Assembly: GCA_013239625.1 (NCBI GenBank) | Contig: MU053652.1 | Span: 4,765,902 to 4,825,901, forward strand | Length of the DNA: 60,000 nt | Source: Lama guanicoe | Lineage: Eukaryota | Direction: 5' to 3' | In this document: in pieces, positions 12,481 to 24,142 of the stretch | Layout: every line of letters begins with the position of its first letter | Numbering within the stretch: the first letter of the stretch is position 1 | Translations under genes and position numbers: made by a program | Notes under the pieces: generated by a model | What the model was told of the DNA's origin: nothing | What the model saw: the letters and a program-made list of their open reading frames with translations, nothing else | The model's database searches: none

Positions 12481-12574
12481 CTCTGGGATGTACCCGGTCC
12501 ACGGGTCCTCATTCTCCTGGCCCAATACTTGGCTGCTGGTGGCTGCGAGCCCTGGCTCCAAATGTGTGAACTCT

Positions 12575-12912
12575 TACACCTCCGAGCCTCTGCACCTGCA
12601 GGTCCCTCTGCCTGGAACTCACTCCCCTTCTTGCTTCATCTGGCTAAACCCTGCTTATCCTTCAGTGACATCACTTCCTGCAGGAAGCCTTCTACATCCC
12701 CCTGGGATGAGGAGGCAGTCCTTCTCCTGCGCTCCAGTCTCCCCTTGGATACGCCTCTATTAGACACTCTTCACCCCGTATTAGAAACCCTCATTTTTTT
12801 GTCTCACCTACTAGATCAGGAGCTCCTTGAGAACAGAGTGTGTTTTTCATCCCTGGCTTCCAACCGCCAGCACAGCTCTTAGCAGAAAGTGAGCCTGTGG
12901 AAATGAATGAAT
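12575..12912 (+). mobile_element. LINE-2 3' fragment
   Basis: ccctctgcctggaac...catcacttcctgcaggaagcctt...gagctccttgagaacagag...aatgaatgaatg. Confidence 0.8.
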
Positions 12913-13407
12913 GTGGGGACAGCACCTCAAATTTCATAGCGCTTTTCACTCCACAGGTGCTCTCCGTCCACTGTTCTCCGCTCACCCTCCCACAGGCAGG
13001 AGTGCAGGAGAGACAGATGTTATTTTCTTTCCTCATTCGGTTTGGGGAGGATCTGGAGTTTGGACTTGTTAACTCTCTCAGGTGTCTCCTGACTGTCTAA
13101 GTCCCTGCTTTCCAGTCCAAGAGCAGTCTCTACCTTGGGGGCGGGGCTGACATATCGAAGGTGGCTGTGACCTCAGGCAAGTGGGCTAGGGGGAGCTTTG
13201 CCCTAAAGCCCCAAGCCCCTAACACTCTGGTTGCTAGAAGGTGTTGTAACCTCTGTGAAGGAGGCCAGGGATAATGCTGTGGAAGGTGGATGAAGGGGGC
13301 AGCCCAGAGATCTGGGCCCCTGGGCCCTTTAAGATGCTCCTGGTTTGGCTTCCATCTCATCTCCACATTCAGGCCCAGGGATCCATTCTTCTTTTCCCTG
13401 GGCAAGG

Positions 13408-14282
13408 GGATAAGTCAGGGTTCTCCAGAGAAACAGAGCCAATGGTTATACTTATAATAAGGAATTGGCTCAGTGGTTATGGAGGCAGACAAGCCCCAAA
13501 TCTGTAGGCTGGAGACCCAGAAGGGCAGGTGTTCCAGTTTAAGTGCAAAGACTGCCTGCTGGAAAAATCTCCCTTGCTCAGGGTGGGGTGTGTGTGTGTG
13601 TACGTGTGGTGAGATGGTTGATCCTTTTGCTCTATTCATGCCTTCAACTGATTAGATGAGGCCCACCCATATTATGGAGGACAATCTGTTTTACTTAGAC
13701 TCCACAATTTAAATGTTAATCTCATCCAAAAACATCCTCACATGGTAATCTTCTTAATCATGAGTATAAACTGCATAATTTAGTGCTTAAAAGATTAATC
13801 TTCAGATTATGTAATGTCACCATAAATTGTAGTTTACCAACAGTGCTAAAGAATGCTAACCTAATGTCCCTGTAATTTGTTTTAATCTTCATCCGAGAAG
13901 ATACTCAAACTCAAATATTTATTTGATTATACTATGAAGGCAAGCATATCTAAAGGTGATCTGAATCTTCTCTCTCTAGAGGCACTAGATCTAAAAGAGT
14001 TTATCCAGAGACTTTTCTTATTGTAGTAGAAGGAAGACAATGACTTATGAAGGTTTTACACTTCTTAGATTTTACTTTTTCTTCTTGTCCTACAGAGGCC
14101 AGTTTGTAATGTTTATACAGTTATTCACTGTGCCTTAAATTTTTATACTTTTTATTTATGCAAACTATAAAATTTCTCATAAATGAAAAAAAAAACCCTC
14201 ACAGAAACACTCAAAGTAAAGTTTGACCAATTATCTGGGCACCGTGGCCCAATCCAGTTGACACAGAAAATTAAAGGTCACA
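13408..14282 (-). mobile_element. ERVL MLT2 solo LTR, interrupted by an insertion at 13743-14195
   Basis: agtcagggttctccagagaaacaga...atgaggcccacccatattatggagg...aatgttaatctcatccaaaaacatcctcaca | gaaacactc...cagttgacacagaaaattaaaggtcaca. Confidence 0.9.
13743..14195 (+). pseudogene. 5'-truncated processed retrocopy of an AU-rich 3'UTR-like RNA (parent unknown)
   Basis: Interrupts otherwise contiguous MLT2; ends TATAAA 14166-14171 then A10 14186-14195; duplicated target aaaaacatcctcaca / aaaaaccctcaca. Confidence 0.72.
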
Positions 14283-15032
14283 GCAAAGGGTAGCTAGGAT
14301 GCTTGGAGCCTCTGCAGGATGTGGGGAAGGCTGACTGCTGAGTCCCAAACACCATGCCAACTGTCCTAGCTCCCTTTATAATGAAACCGGAGTGAAATGA
14401 GAGGAAGGATGGATTGAGAGGTAGATAGATGGGTAGATGGGTAGATAAATACATAGGGACAGACAGACACTAGTACTGGTCACTAGTAACTTTTGAGTTG
14501 ATATTAGACTGAAATTTTCAAAAATACAAAACTAGAGAATGGCAGACCAGAAGGGTCACCTTATCCAGCTCTGTTTCCACAGGAGGAAAACAATACCCAG
14601 AGAAGAAAAGGGTTTGAATTGCTTAGTTCCCCAAAGGCATATGTTACTGAAGCATGCTTTTCTAGTGTAAATAAAGTAAAATAGAGCTTTTAATTAAAAC
14701 AACCCAGAACAAAGAATTTTAAAGTATTAATTAAAGAGAACCTGCATCGAAACAACAGAAAACAGAAAATGGTGTTGGAGACAGGAGTTTAGTAAACAAT
14801 TTTTTTAATCATTTTAAGTAAGTTTTAAGCCGCTGCTGTCTTTGGAGGTTTTTAAAAAGAAAGCTGAATTAGGTTTATTTCAATGTCCATGGGTAAGAAA
14901 GAAAAAAATTTTTGTCGTTTAACTTGTCTTTTTTGTTGTTACCCAAATGAGTATTTTTTAATAAATAATTCTGTGTATGTTATTTCAGATGATTCAAATA
15001 TCAAAAGAAACGTTCTTCCACTAAATTGCCTT

Positions 15033-15179
15033 CGTTTTGTTTGTTTGTTTGTTTGTTTTTACGAGGAGGAGATAATTAGGTTTATTCATTCATTTATATT
15101 TGGAGGAAGTACTGGGGACTGAATCCGGGACCTCCAGCGTGTGAAACATGCCCTCTACCACTTGAGCTATACTTTCCCC
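15033..15179 (-). mobile_element. camelid tRNA-derived SINE
   Basis: (tttg)n tail, ataattaggtttatt, gtactggggactgaatcc...ctctaccacttgagctatac; TSD actaaattgcctt 15020-15032 / 15180-15192. Confidence 0.93.
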
Positions 15180-16799
15180 ACTAAATTGCCTTTGTAACGT
15201 GAAATGTATTAGTACAAAGCAGTAAAATGTATACTGAGTAAAACTTTTTTTAAAATTAAAAAGAGGACCTGTAGTTGGAGTTAGAACCAAAGAAATGCCA
15301 GTACCTAGGCCTAAACCAGGATTTTCATTTCTAGTGCCGTGTTCTTTATTTAGTTTAACCGTGGTCCTCCTGAAGCTTGGGTAGACTTCACTGACTGAAT
15401 CTTTTAACTTCTCAGGTGTTTGCCAAACAGATTTGTCAAGAGTCCTGGTCTGCAGCTTTTCTCAAGCCTTGATCTCTCATGTTTAATTAAGGAACCCCTT
15501 CAAACCCCTTTCAACTTCTCAGAAGGATTCAGTCTCTTCTGGGTTTCTCTGCCTCATCTCTGCTTCCTTGCAGAAAGGAGTAAATTATCCAAAGGTGGCA
15601 TGTTTCCAGAATGCTCAAAACTTGTGATTGCCGTTTTCTGAATCAGCAGAAACTTCCTCACCTGAATTCCCTTCTCAAGTCTCAAGTTCTTTGCTGAGCC
15701 TGTCATTGCTAATCTCCATTGAAAGGTCCCTTAGCAGCCAGTTCCCTGATAAGGTTAGATTGTAAGCTGACCCCTAATGTTGCCTGACTCTGCAAAACCT
15801 CCTCTCTTGTAGGTACAAAGCAGGCCATGCCAGAACATGACTTTTAAAATACTTTTAACCAGAAGGTGGCACAAAGTGACTTCTTCCTGAGCATCCCTAT
15901 GTGCTCAGCATGCTCCCAGAGAATGCAAAAATAGAGAAGTGCTGAAGGAGCTTGCAGTCACTTTAGGGGGAGCCTGTTGGGAGCCAGATACAAAACACCA
16001 CAGCCCGACTGTCACAGCCCATCATGGCTGACTCAGTGAGGCAAACTCCCTTGCCTTCAGACCCCTCTAAGTGGAGCCATTCCCAGCAGCTCGGGTCCCT
16101 GCTCTAAGTCTAACTCTCCTGTCAGGGGTCAGGATCAGTGTTGGTTTTAGTTCTTTCCCAGGTCACAAGTGCTCTCACTCATGGTGGAGGACAGAGAGTG
16201 GGGAGGTGAGCGGGTTGGAGTCCAACAAAGCCACTGAGCCAAGCTGTCCATCAGCAGATATCGTAAAGAGGACCAGAGCATCAGGAAGGACCACTGCTGG
16301 GCTTTTGCTGCATCCTGGTAGGGGGTCATTCTTGGGGGAATTCAGCCTATTCAATGCCACTCTTATCAAAAGGGTCCAAATTATGTCCCAATCCTTAGGC
16401 CACAGCTGCCCTGAGGGGCGGCATGGAAACTGCTTATGGGACGCGTGTGGGTAGAAATCGTTAATGTTTATTGAGTGCTTGCTGAGAGGCAGGCTTTCTG
16501 TGAAGCCTTTACTTCATTATCTTATTTACTAAGATGCTCAATGTTCCCTGGAGGAAGAAGGTTTCATGCTGTTTGGGAACCATCAGGAGAGAGAAGACTT
16601 CAACCGGGAGAAGGTCTTGGTTCCAAGCGGAGCTGTCCTAGTAAGATGACTTCTTCCTCCAAAGTGAGGTCACCTGGAGAGGCAAGACCCTGCCCTCTCA
16701 GGCCCCTCACCCTCACCTCCTTGGGCTCCTCAGGCACCAGTGCCAGGGCAAGCAGACCTGTGTGCCACCCAGGCTGCCTGCGCTTTAGGAGGGATTGCT

Positions 16800-16995
16800 C
16801 GCTGAGCATTGTCCTATGTGCTTATTGTTACATTATCTTATTTTATCCTCTCCCTAATCCGATGAGGGAAGGATTGTATTTTTGCTCCCATTTTACAGAT
16901 GATGATGCTGAGGCACAGAGGGGACGAGGATTTGCCCATGATCCCACAACCCGAGGCTGACAGAGGCAAGTTCTCCCCATGTTCAATCCTAGTCT
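16800..16995 (-). mobile_element. MIR
   Basis: cccattttacagatgatgatgctgaggcacagagggg...tttgcccatgatcccacaac. Confidence 0.78.
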
Positions 16996-17192
16996 CCCCG
17001 GTGGAGTTGCCTGCCATGGTTCTGAGTCAGTCTATATGGTTCCACCCTGTGGCTTCACAGTTGGGTGACTGGGACCCCTGAGAATCTCAGGCAAGGTTAA
17101 GAGGGTCTGAAGAACTGTGGAAAGGTACCTTATAGTGCAAAATCGATTGACAAACAGACAAAAACAGGAAACAAGCGAGTTGCATTGTAGAT

Positions 17193-17550
17193 TGTATTAG
17201 GTGGCGAGACCTCCAAAACAGAATACCATGGATCGGGTGGCTTAAATACAGAAATTTATATTCTCACAGTTCTGGAGGCTGGAAGTCTAAGATCAAGGTG
17301 CTGGCAGCATAGAAGTCTGGCAAGAACTGAAGACGGGCCGTCTTCTCACTTTGTCCTCACATGGCCTTTTCTCTGTGTGCACATTTCCTGGTGTCTCTTG
17401 GTATAAGGACACCCGTTCTCTTAAGGCCCCACCCTTATGACCTTATTTAACTTTAATTACCTCCTTAAAGGCTCTGTCTCCAAATACAATCACATCAGAG
17501 TTTGAGGCTTTAACGTATGAATTTTCAGAGGACACAATTCAGTCTCAATG
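17193..17550 (-). mobile_element. ERVL-MaLR solo LTR (MLT1A-like)
   Basis: tgtattag...gtggcttaaatacagaaatttatattctcacagttctggaggctggaagtctaagatcaaggtg...ggacacaattcagt; 5-bp TSD tagat 17188-17192 / 17551-17555. Confidence 0.9.
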
Positions 17551-17999
17551 TAGATTATTCAAAGCTCTTATGTCCTTCCTACAGCAGCCCCCACAGCATG
17601 GGGCACAGTCAGCTCCATCCTGGGTGTCAGCCCCTCTCTGCAAGATGTGGGGACCAGAGACTGCTCTCTGGAAGCCACGTCCCTGAGAGACCACTGCCCC
17701 ACTGAGAAGTCAATAAAGGCTTTTTATAGACTACTACTACAGACTCCTGCAGCTCTATAAAACCCGACATTTACATGTAATTTTCATGTAAAGCTTTTAC
17801 ATTTACCATCTCAGTGCAGGGACTGAAGCCACAGCCCCTTATCTGGTCATAGTTTCTATCAATATGGCATTACTTTTGAGTCCTCAGGGCTGTCTAGGGT
17901 CCCCGAGGGCTACGTTCTTCTCACATATGAAACTGACTTCTCTGATCCTATCCCTGAAATAGTTTTTGCACCGACAGGAATGGCTTTGCAAGAAACCAT

Positions 18000-18190
18000 G
18001 CATACCTTGGTAAACTAGCTCTTAAAAAAAAGGTACCCTGATTTGTAGAGTTTGCCAATTTCCATGGTGTAAATCCTCCCACCATAATAGATTTCAAACT
18101 ACTAGTGGTTTAAATAGCAGCTCACAAAATTCCTGAATATTTTACACTTGGCTCTCATGAGCCCACGTGAGTCTGTTCCAGCACACCCCC
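18000..18190 (-). mobile_element. MER63-like hAT-Blackjack element
   Basis: ccctgatttgtagagtttgccaatttccatggtgtaaatcctcccaccat...aaaattcctgaa...ccagcacacc. Confidence 0.75.
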
Positions 18191-19594
18191 AATTCCAAGT
18201 TCTGCTCCTGGTCACAAAAACTGTTTTATAGATTTTAATCTGAATCAGGGGTACAACCTGAAATCTTGACCAAAATGAGGTTGCCTGGCCCCTCCAGGAC
18301 CCGAACCCACAATCTAATTTGCATTTTCATCATGCTGTAAGCCCCTGAGCACAGATCTCTGTACATTTAATACCCGCTTCTGCCAAACCTTCCTAACTTA
18401 GGAGAGTCACCTATTTGCTGGAGACCAGTCACTCCACTGGCTGTGGGAATCCTCATGGGGCCTTGGTCTGCGTGGGGAGAGTCAAAAGTTCACCAAGAGC
18501 AAGTCAGGGTCAGATTGATGGCAGACATAAAAGCTGCCTCAGCATGTGGAGCCTTGTCTAGAACTGGACATCTCTTTATTTTTCATTCGACAAAGGCTGT
18601 AGTGTTTCCTGCCTGACCTACTGCCGATGACAGAGAAGTCAAAGTGGTGGTCAAGTTCCCCTTGGGCCCTGAGTGACTGTCCGTGCTCCATGTGTGTGAA
18701 AACGTCCAGAGGGCTTCCATACCAGAGGCAGAATGGAGACGCTCCATAGGGCGAGCCCCTGAATGTTCGTAATTCCAAGTTCATGGCCACGATGTGGCAT
18801 TTCAGAGGAAAACAGAGATCTGGGAGCAGACCAGGAGACAACTGGGCTTGGGGGTAGCATAGTCTGTCAAATTAAATATAAGTGGAAATTGCAGCAAGCT
18901 TTGGCCCTGGAATGTGACAGTTTCTAGAGTGACCGGAGTGGGGAGGAGGGATGGTTCTCCCACCTCCTTTCCTGGTGTGCCTCTGCTTCCCTGTAGGCCA
19001 GGATTGGTGGGAGGGAAGAAGATGCGTGGGGAGCAGGAGGAGGCAAAGGGCCCCTCAATCCCCCTGCCCCGTGCACGGCCTCCTCCTCTCTCTTCCTCTG
19101 CACGCTGTTCTCCAGACTGTTCCTGGGTCCCAGGTGAGCCAGCTGAATTGGCATGGTATTACCGACAAGCTGATTTAAGAGAAAACCCATTGAACCTTTG
19201 GGAAGGACATCAGCTGGCACTCTGCTTGGTAAGATAACAAACCTCAGTGAAACTAAGGGGGATGCTAGCCCACTCCACTGCCATATTCTTATTTTATACG
19301 CTGACAGTATTGATAATCACTTCCGTAAGTGTTATCTGCCTTTCCTCTGGCGATAGAAAGACTAAATTGTAAATGGGGCCTCCTCTCCTTTCTAGAGCTT
19401 CTTTGAGCTCAGGGGAGGGTGAGCACAGATGACTTCACATGTCTGCTTACCCTTGGGGTCCCTGGGGTCCCTGGCCAGTGTTGTCCATTAACATATGATG
19501 GCCTTTGAAGCACTGATTGTCCTTTCTTTTATATTCTCGTGATCTCTATTTACTTATAAGCCTATTTTCAGGAATAAATGAAATTAAAATAATT

Positions 19595-19815
19595 ATAGTC
19601 GATCATCTGCTATGTGCCAAATCCTGTGCTAGGTATTTTATAAGTACTGTTTCTAAACCTAACGACAACATCATGAAATAGGAAATGTAACTACCATTTT
19701 ATGGATGAAGAAGCTGAGACCCAGAGAAGTTATGGATTTACTCAAGGTCAGTAAGTATTAGGATTCCAGCCTGGGTCTTTTTGGCTCTAAAGCTCAGATT
19801 TTCCCACCATGGTAC
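19595..19815 (-). mobile_element. MIR
   Basis: ctatgtgccaaatcctgtgctagg...ccattttatggatgaagaagctgagacccagagaagtt. Confidence 0.78.
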
Positions 19816-19832
19816 AATGTTATATAAAACAC

Positions 19833-20131
19833 TGCATCAGCCAGCACAAAATTAGGTTGTGCTGCTGTAATGAGCGACCCCTCAGTCTTAGTGGCTTCTA
19901 ATAACCAGGTCTGATTTTAGCCTCCCATGTGATGCGTTATTCCCATGCATCATAGTTGGCTGGGGGCTCTGCTCTATGGTCCCCCGGGATTTTCAGGCTG
20001 AAGATGGAACAGCCAAGGGACTTCACTGGCCAGAATATTACATGAAGATTCCAAACCACAAGGGGGAGGAAGTGCCATCTCACTGGACAGAGAACAGAAA
20101 GTACATGGCAAGTAGCATTAAAACCCGCCAT
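19833..20131 (-). mobile_element. old MLT1 solo LTR
   Basis: taggttgtgctgctgtaa...ttagtggctt...ggctgggggctctgctc...cactggccagaa. Confidence 0.65.
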
Positions 20132-22699
20132 GAGAGTCTGGCAAAGGACTTGGCACCCACATGCTCAATAAACACTACTTCGTGCCCCCTCCCCTTCCCC
20201 AATGACAAACAGATTAGGGTGAAATAATGCTTTTTTGGATTAAGAGACTAGCATAATGAGCGGACCCTTCATTTTGTACTTTCTTCAATGCTTTCCTTCT
20301 TCATTGGCTTGCAGCTGGGTCATTGGATGCTGGCAGCAGGCCACACCTGGGTCAGATTGTCCCAGGGCTTGGGTCTCCAGTGACTTGATGTCTGACCATG
20401 GATCCAGGGTCTCCTTCAGTCAAGCCCAAATGCCACATTGCAGGTAATGGATGACACTCACGTGCACGACACACGACACCCTCCCATGGGCATCCCTGAT
20501 GAGCTCAGGGCTACAGGCGCTCCCTGACTGACAGCTGTCACTCCACCCCTTCTTCTTCCACACAGGGAGGCATATCAGAATGCGAGTGACAGGGACGTCA
20601 CCATAGGGATACACTGAATCTGTTCTAATTGATTCAGAAAAATGCATCAATCATTTGAAAGCCTCAGTAGTTCATTATTAACAGCAAATTGCCTATGACA
20701 CACCTCATAACTGCTCCAGACACACAGCATGTCAGGATACCCCTGTGGAGGATGGTCAAGATGCTGCCAGACCAACCAGTTGTGAAATGAAAAATTGTGT
20801 CAATTAACCGGTTGTTTTATTGACATGATGCCAAGGAATTGATTGGAGAGAACGTTTTGTACACACTAACAGCATTGGCTAGTGGCCTTGGCGTTGTTAA
20901 TACCCAGACCCAGCCTGGGTATTAAGAATGTGAGCGTAATATCAAATCACAGAAGGTCAGACTGAAGGGGATCTCCAGAGACATCTGTCATACATTCTCC
21001 TCGTGTTACAGATGACGAAACTAAGGAACCACCAGGTTAGAAGATCTGCCGAGGGACACACAGCACAGTTGCTAACTATTGTTTTAGAAAAGAGGTAAAT
21101 GTGGGCACATCTTCACTCACAGGATTTTTAACATTTTCTATAGTTATTTCAGAACCAAGAGCCTCAGCTGGATGGCATTGCATACTTTCTAAAAGTAGAC
21201 AAGAATTTGAGAAACACCCCGTGGTGCAATTGTTCGTTGCTTAAACTTGTTGCTGACTCATTCGCCTTCCACTTCTTTACCAACATGGTCGTGGCATCCG
21301 TCACTTACATTGGCTCTTTTCCCCAGCTGGTCCCATCCTCCCAGCTGGGCTGGGAAACAAGGTGTAGTGACGTCACCTCCGTGAGTCCTCATTGGCTGGA
21401 GAGTGGGGCTTAAAACTGAGGACTCTGGTGGGACCTCCTTGGCACAGGGGTAGGCCTCCTGTCCTCCAGCATGAAGTATGCCATCTGTTGCCCATGAGAA
21501 CAGGCTGCTTAGGACCAAAAAGAATCTCTGGGACAAGGAAGCCAAGGGTTTTGGGCTTCATATTTTTGATAAAGAGCAACCACTCCCTGCAAACAAACAA
21601 CTCCTGCTGGCCACAAAGAGTTGGGGAGGAAAAGTCCCATTTAGAAATAGTCCTCGGATCAGGGCTCTTCATACTCCCACTTAACTGTGAACTGTATTTT
21701 TTCACTCGTTTTGGGCTCCTGTCCCTTGAAATGCCTTTAGTTTGCAACAGGTGATTTTGTGTCCCTTTATTCCCTTTCTCAAGTTTACTTCAGAGACCTT
21801 GAAGGCTCCCTGCTTCAGGACCTGGGAGGCAAGGAACTCCAGAGCAGCTCTGAATGGCCCTGGGGCTGAGGCACAGGGTCAGTGGCCAAGATCTAGGCTG
21901 TCCACTGTCACTGGCCAGTCTAGGATTTTGGCAGCTCTCCCAACCCCACAGGCCCAGATGCAGGAGGTAGCCTTTGGCATGGAGAGAGAGCTCTTAGTTC
22001 TCAGGGCCAGAAAGTCAGCCCTTTCCCCCAGATGGAGCATGTAGGACTGCCCCTCCCCCAAACAGCACACCTCTTTCCCTCTCCTGTGGGTTTATGTGGC
22101 TTAGAGACGCATTTGGAGTTTGGCGGGGGTAGGAGAGCAGGGAAGATGGAACAGTAGGGTGGCATCCTGGGACAGTTGTCTCCTAACCCATACCAAGAAA
22201 GAGAGGTGGAGGAAGGGGACCACAGCATGAGAGGGATTCTGGGTCACAGCGGGTACCCTGCTCTCTCCTGGCTTTGATGGATTATTCAGAACAAGTTGTG
22301 GAAAGTCTTGCCCTTCCCAGTCCTTCCTGCTGGCTTTGGTACAAATCTGCAAACACATACACACATACCACTCCAACTTATAATGCACATACTGGTCACC
22401 CCTTCTGGGCCACTAGGTTCAGATTCTGGAAAACCCTACTGGCAGAATAATTAGTGGCTGAGGAATTTAAGACTTTAATGAAGAATAGAGTTGGGGGAAG
22501 AAAAGTCAGGAATGAACTAGAGAAAACCCATATCATTGGTTTCATGTTCAGGAGAGAACACAGTGCAAGATCATTCTGAGCAAAGAGTCCTCTAGGACAT
22601 ATCACAGCCACACCTGCAGAAGTGTGACCTGGTTCAGCCAAGCTAGGGAGCAATTCGGCAACGTGAATATCACTGGGAATGCATGCTCCCAAGGGCGAC

Positions 22700-23275
22700 A
22701 GCACCGCTTCTCAGGATATACCCTAGAGAAACAAGTTCAAGGATGTTCACTGCAGAATCACTTGTGACAGTGAAAAATTGGACCAACTTAAATGTCCATC
22801 AGGAGGTGAGTGGATGAATTGTGGTCTACTGGTACAGTTTAATGTTGTTCATCAGTTAAAATGAATGAGCTGGATCTCCACCCATCAGCATGAGTAGATC
22901 TTGGAAACATGATGTTAGGTGAAAAAAAAGCAAGGTTTAGAAGGTTGAGTGTGACACTACTAATGTAAATTAAGGAGGACTCAAAGCATTGCGAGGTATA
23001 ATTTATTAGTAACATATGTAGTAAAATATGAACATATGTAAGAAAAGAAAATCCATCAATTTCAGGAGAGCTGCTGATCTTTGGAGGGAGGAAAAAGGGT
23101 GCCAAGAGGACTTTGCCATGTCTTTGCCATTTTTGTTTGTTTGTTTTTACTAATCTGATAGGAATGTGACAAAATGTTAACATTTGCTATTTCTGGGAGA
23201 GAGTGTAAAGCTTCTGTTATATTATCCCTTGTAGTTTTCTATATGTTTGAAATATTTCAAAATTGGACAAAGGAA
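22700..23275 (+). mobile_element. L1ME-like 3' end
   Basis: ggatataccctagagaaac...caaggatgttcactgcag...aaatgtccatca...aaaatgaatgagctggatct...tatgtttgaaatatttcaaa. Confidence 0.8.
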
Positions 23276-23755
23276 AGAAAAATCCCATGACATTTTGCAC
23301 CCATTTACATGAGCAGTAATGCATATAGTACTGTGGTTTTCCATTTTCATTTTGTCCCAGAAAGAAATTTTTCAGATTTCCCTTCCTTGTATCTCCAACG
23401 AAATGCTTGGAAACGTGCTGCTGTAGTTGTGGAAATATCATCAAAAGGAGCATTTTCCCAGCCAGTTGTTCCGTGCCCCGCTGATCTCATGCATCCAGAC
23501 ACCTGGAGAAACGGGAACACTCCAGCCTCCTTGGCGCCTCTTCCCGGGCCCTGGGCTGGAGTCTCACCTCTGCCCAGGAGGACTTCCTGCCAAAGACAGG
23601 TGCCTGGTGGGAAAGCCCAGGGTCTGGTGTACTTTCCCTCCCCTTTCTTTACCTTTCCCAAAGTATCCCTGTGAAGCCCTACTCCCTGGCCACGCTAGCA
23701 TCTCCCTTTTCTACCCCAACCCCGAGATTCGTGATTCCACCAGCGCTGACCCACT

Positions 23756-24142
23756 GAGTGCTTCTCAAACTTGAGTGTGCAGCAGACTCACCTGGAAAGG
23801 CTTATTTAAAACCCAGAGTTCTGGGCCCCACTTCCAGAGTTTCTGATCCAGCAGGTCTGGAGAGGGCCCAGTGCTGTGCTGGAAGCTGTTCTCTGAAAGG
23901 AAAACAGGCACTAATTTGTAGTGTTTGTTTCCATGGCATAAATATTCCCACCATGGCTGGTTCCAAGCCCCCAGTGTGACTGTCACTGAATGTGGGATTG
24001 AGGAGGGAATACTCACATTTTGTTCCCCTGAGGTGATGCAAACCATCTCAGCACGCCCTTGGACTTGAGACTGTGCATGTCTAATAAGATCCCAGGTGAT
24101 GCTGAAGCTGCTGGCCCAGGGACCATGCTTCCAGAACCTCTG
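23756..24142. mobile_element. MER5A hAT-Charlie, interrupted by MER63
   Basis: agtgcttctcaaacttgagtgtgca...agagtttctgatccagcaggtctgg | ...cccaggtgatgctgaagctgctggcccagggacca. Confidence 0.82.
23869..24061 (-). mobile_element. MER63-like hAT element nested in MER5A
   Basis: cagtgctgtgctgg end, atttgtagtgtttg...aaatattcccaccatggc, cagcacgccctt end; similar to the copy at 18000. Confidence 0.72.

Noticed and set aside
12166..12882. ORFs with VEWQVEWQ / LHLPLHLP repeats
   Set aside because: By-product of the 12-bp minisatellite and L2 sequence
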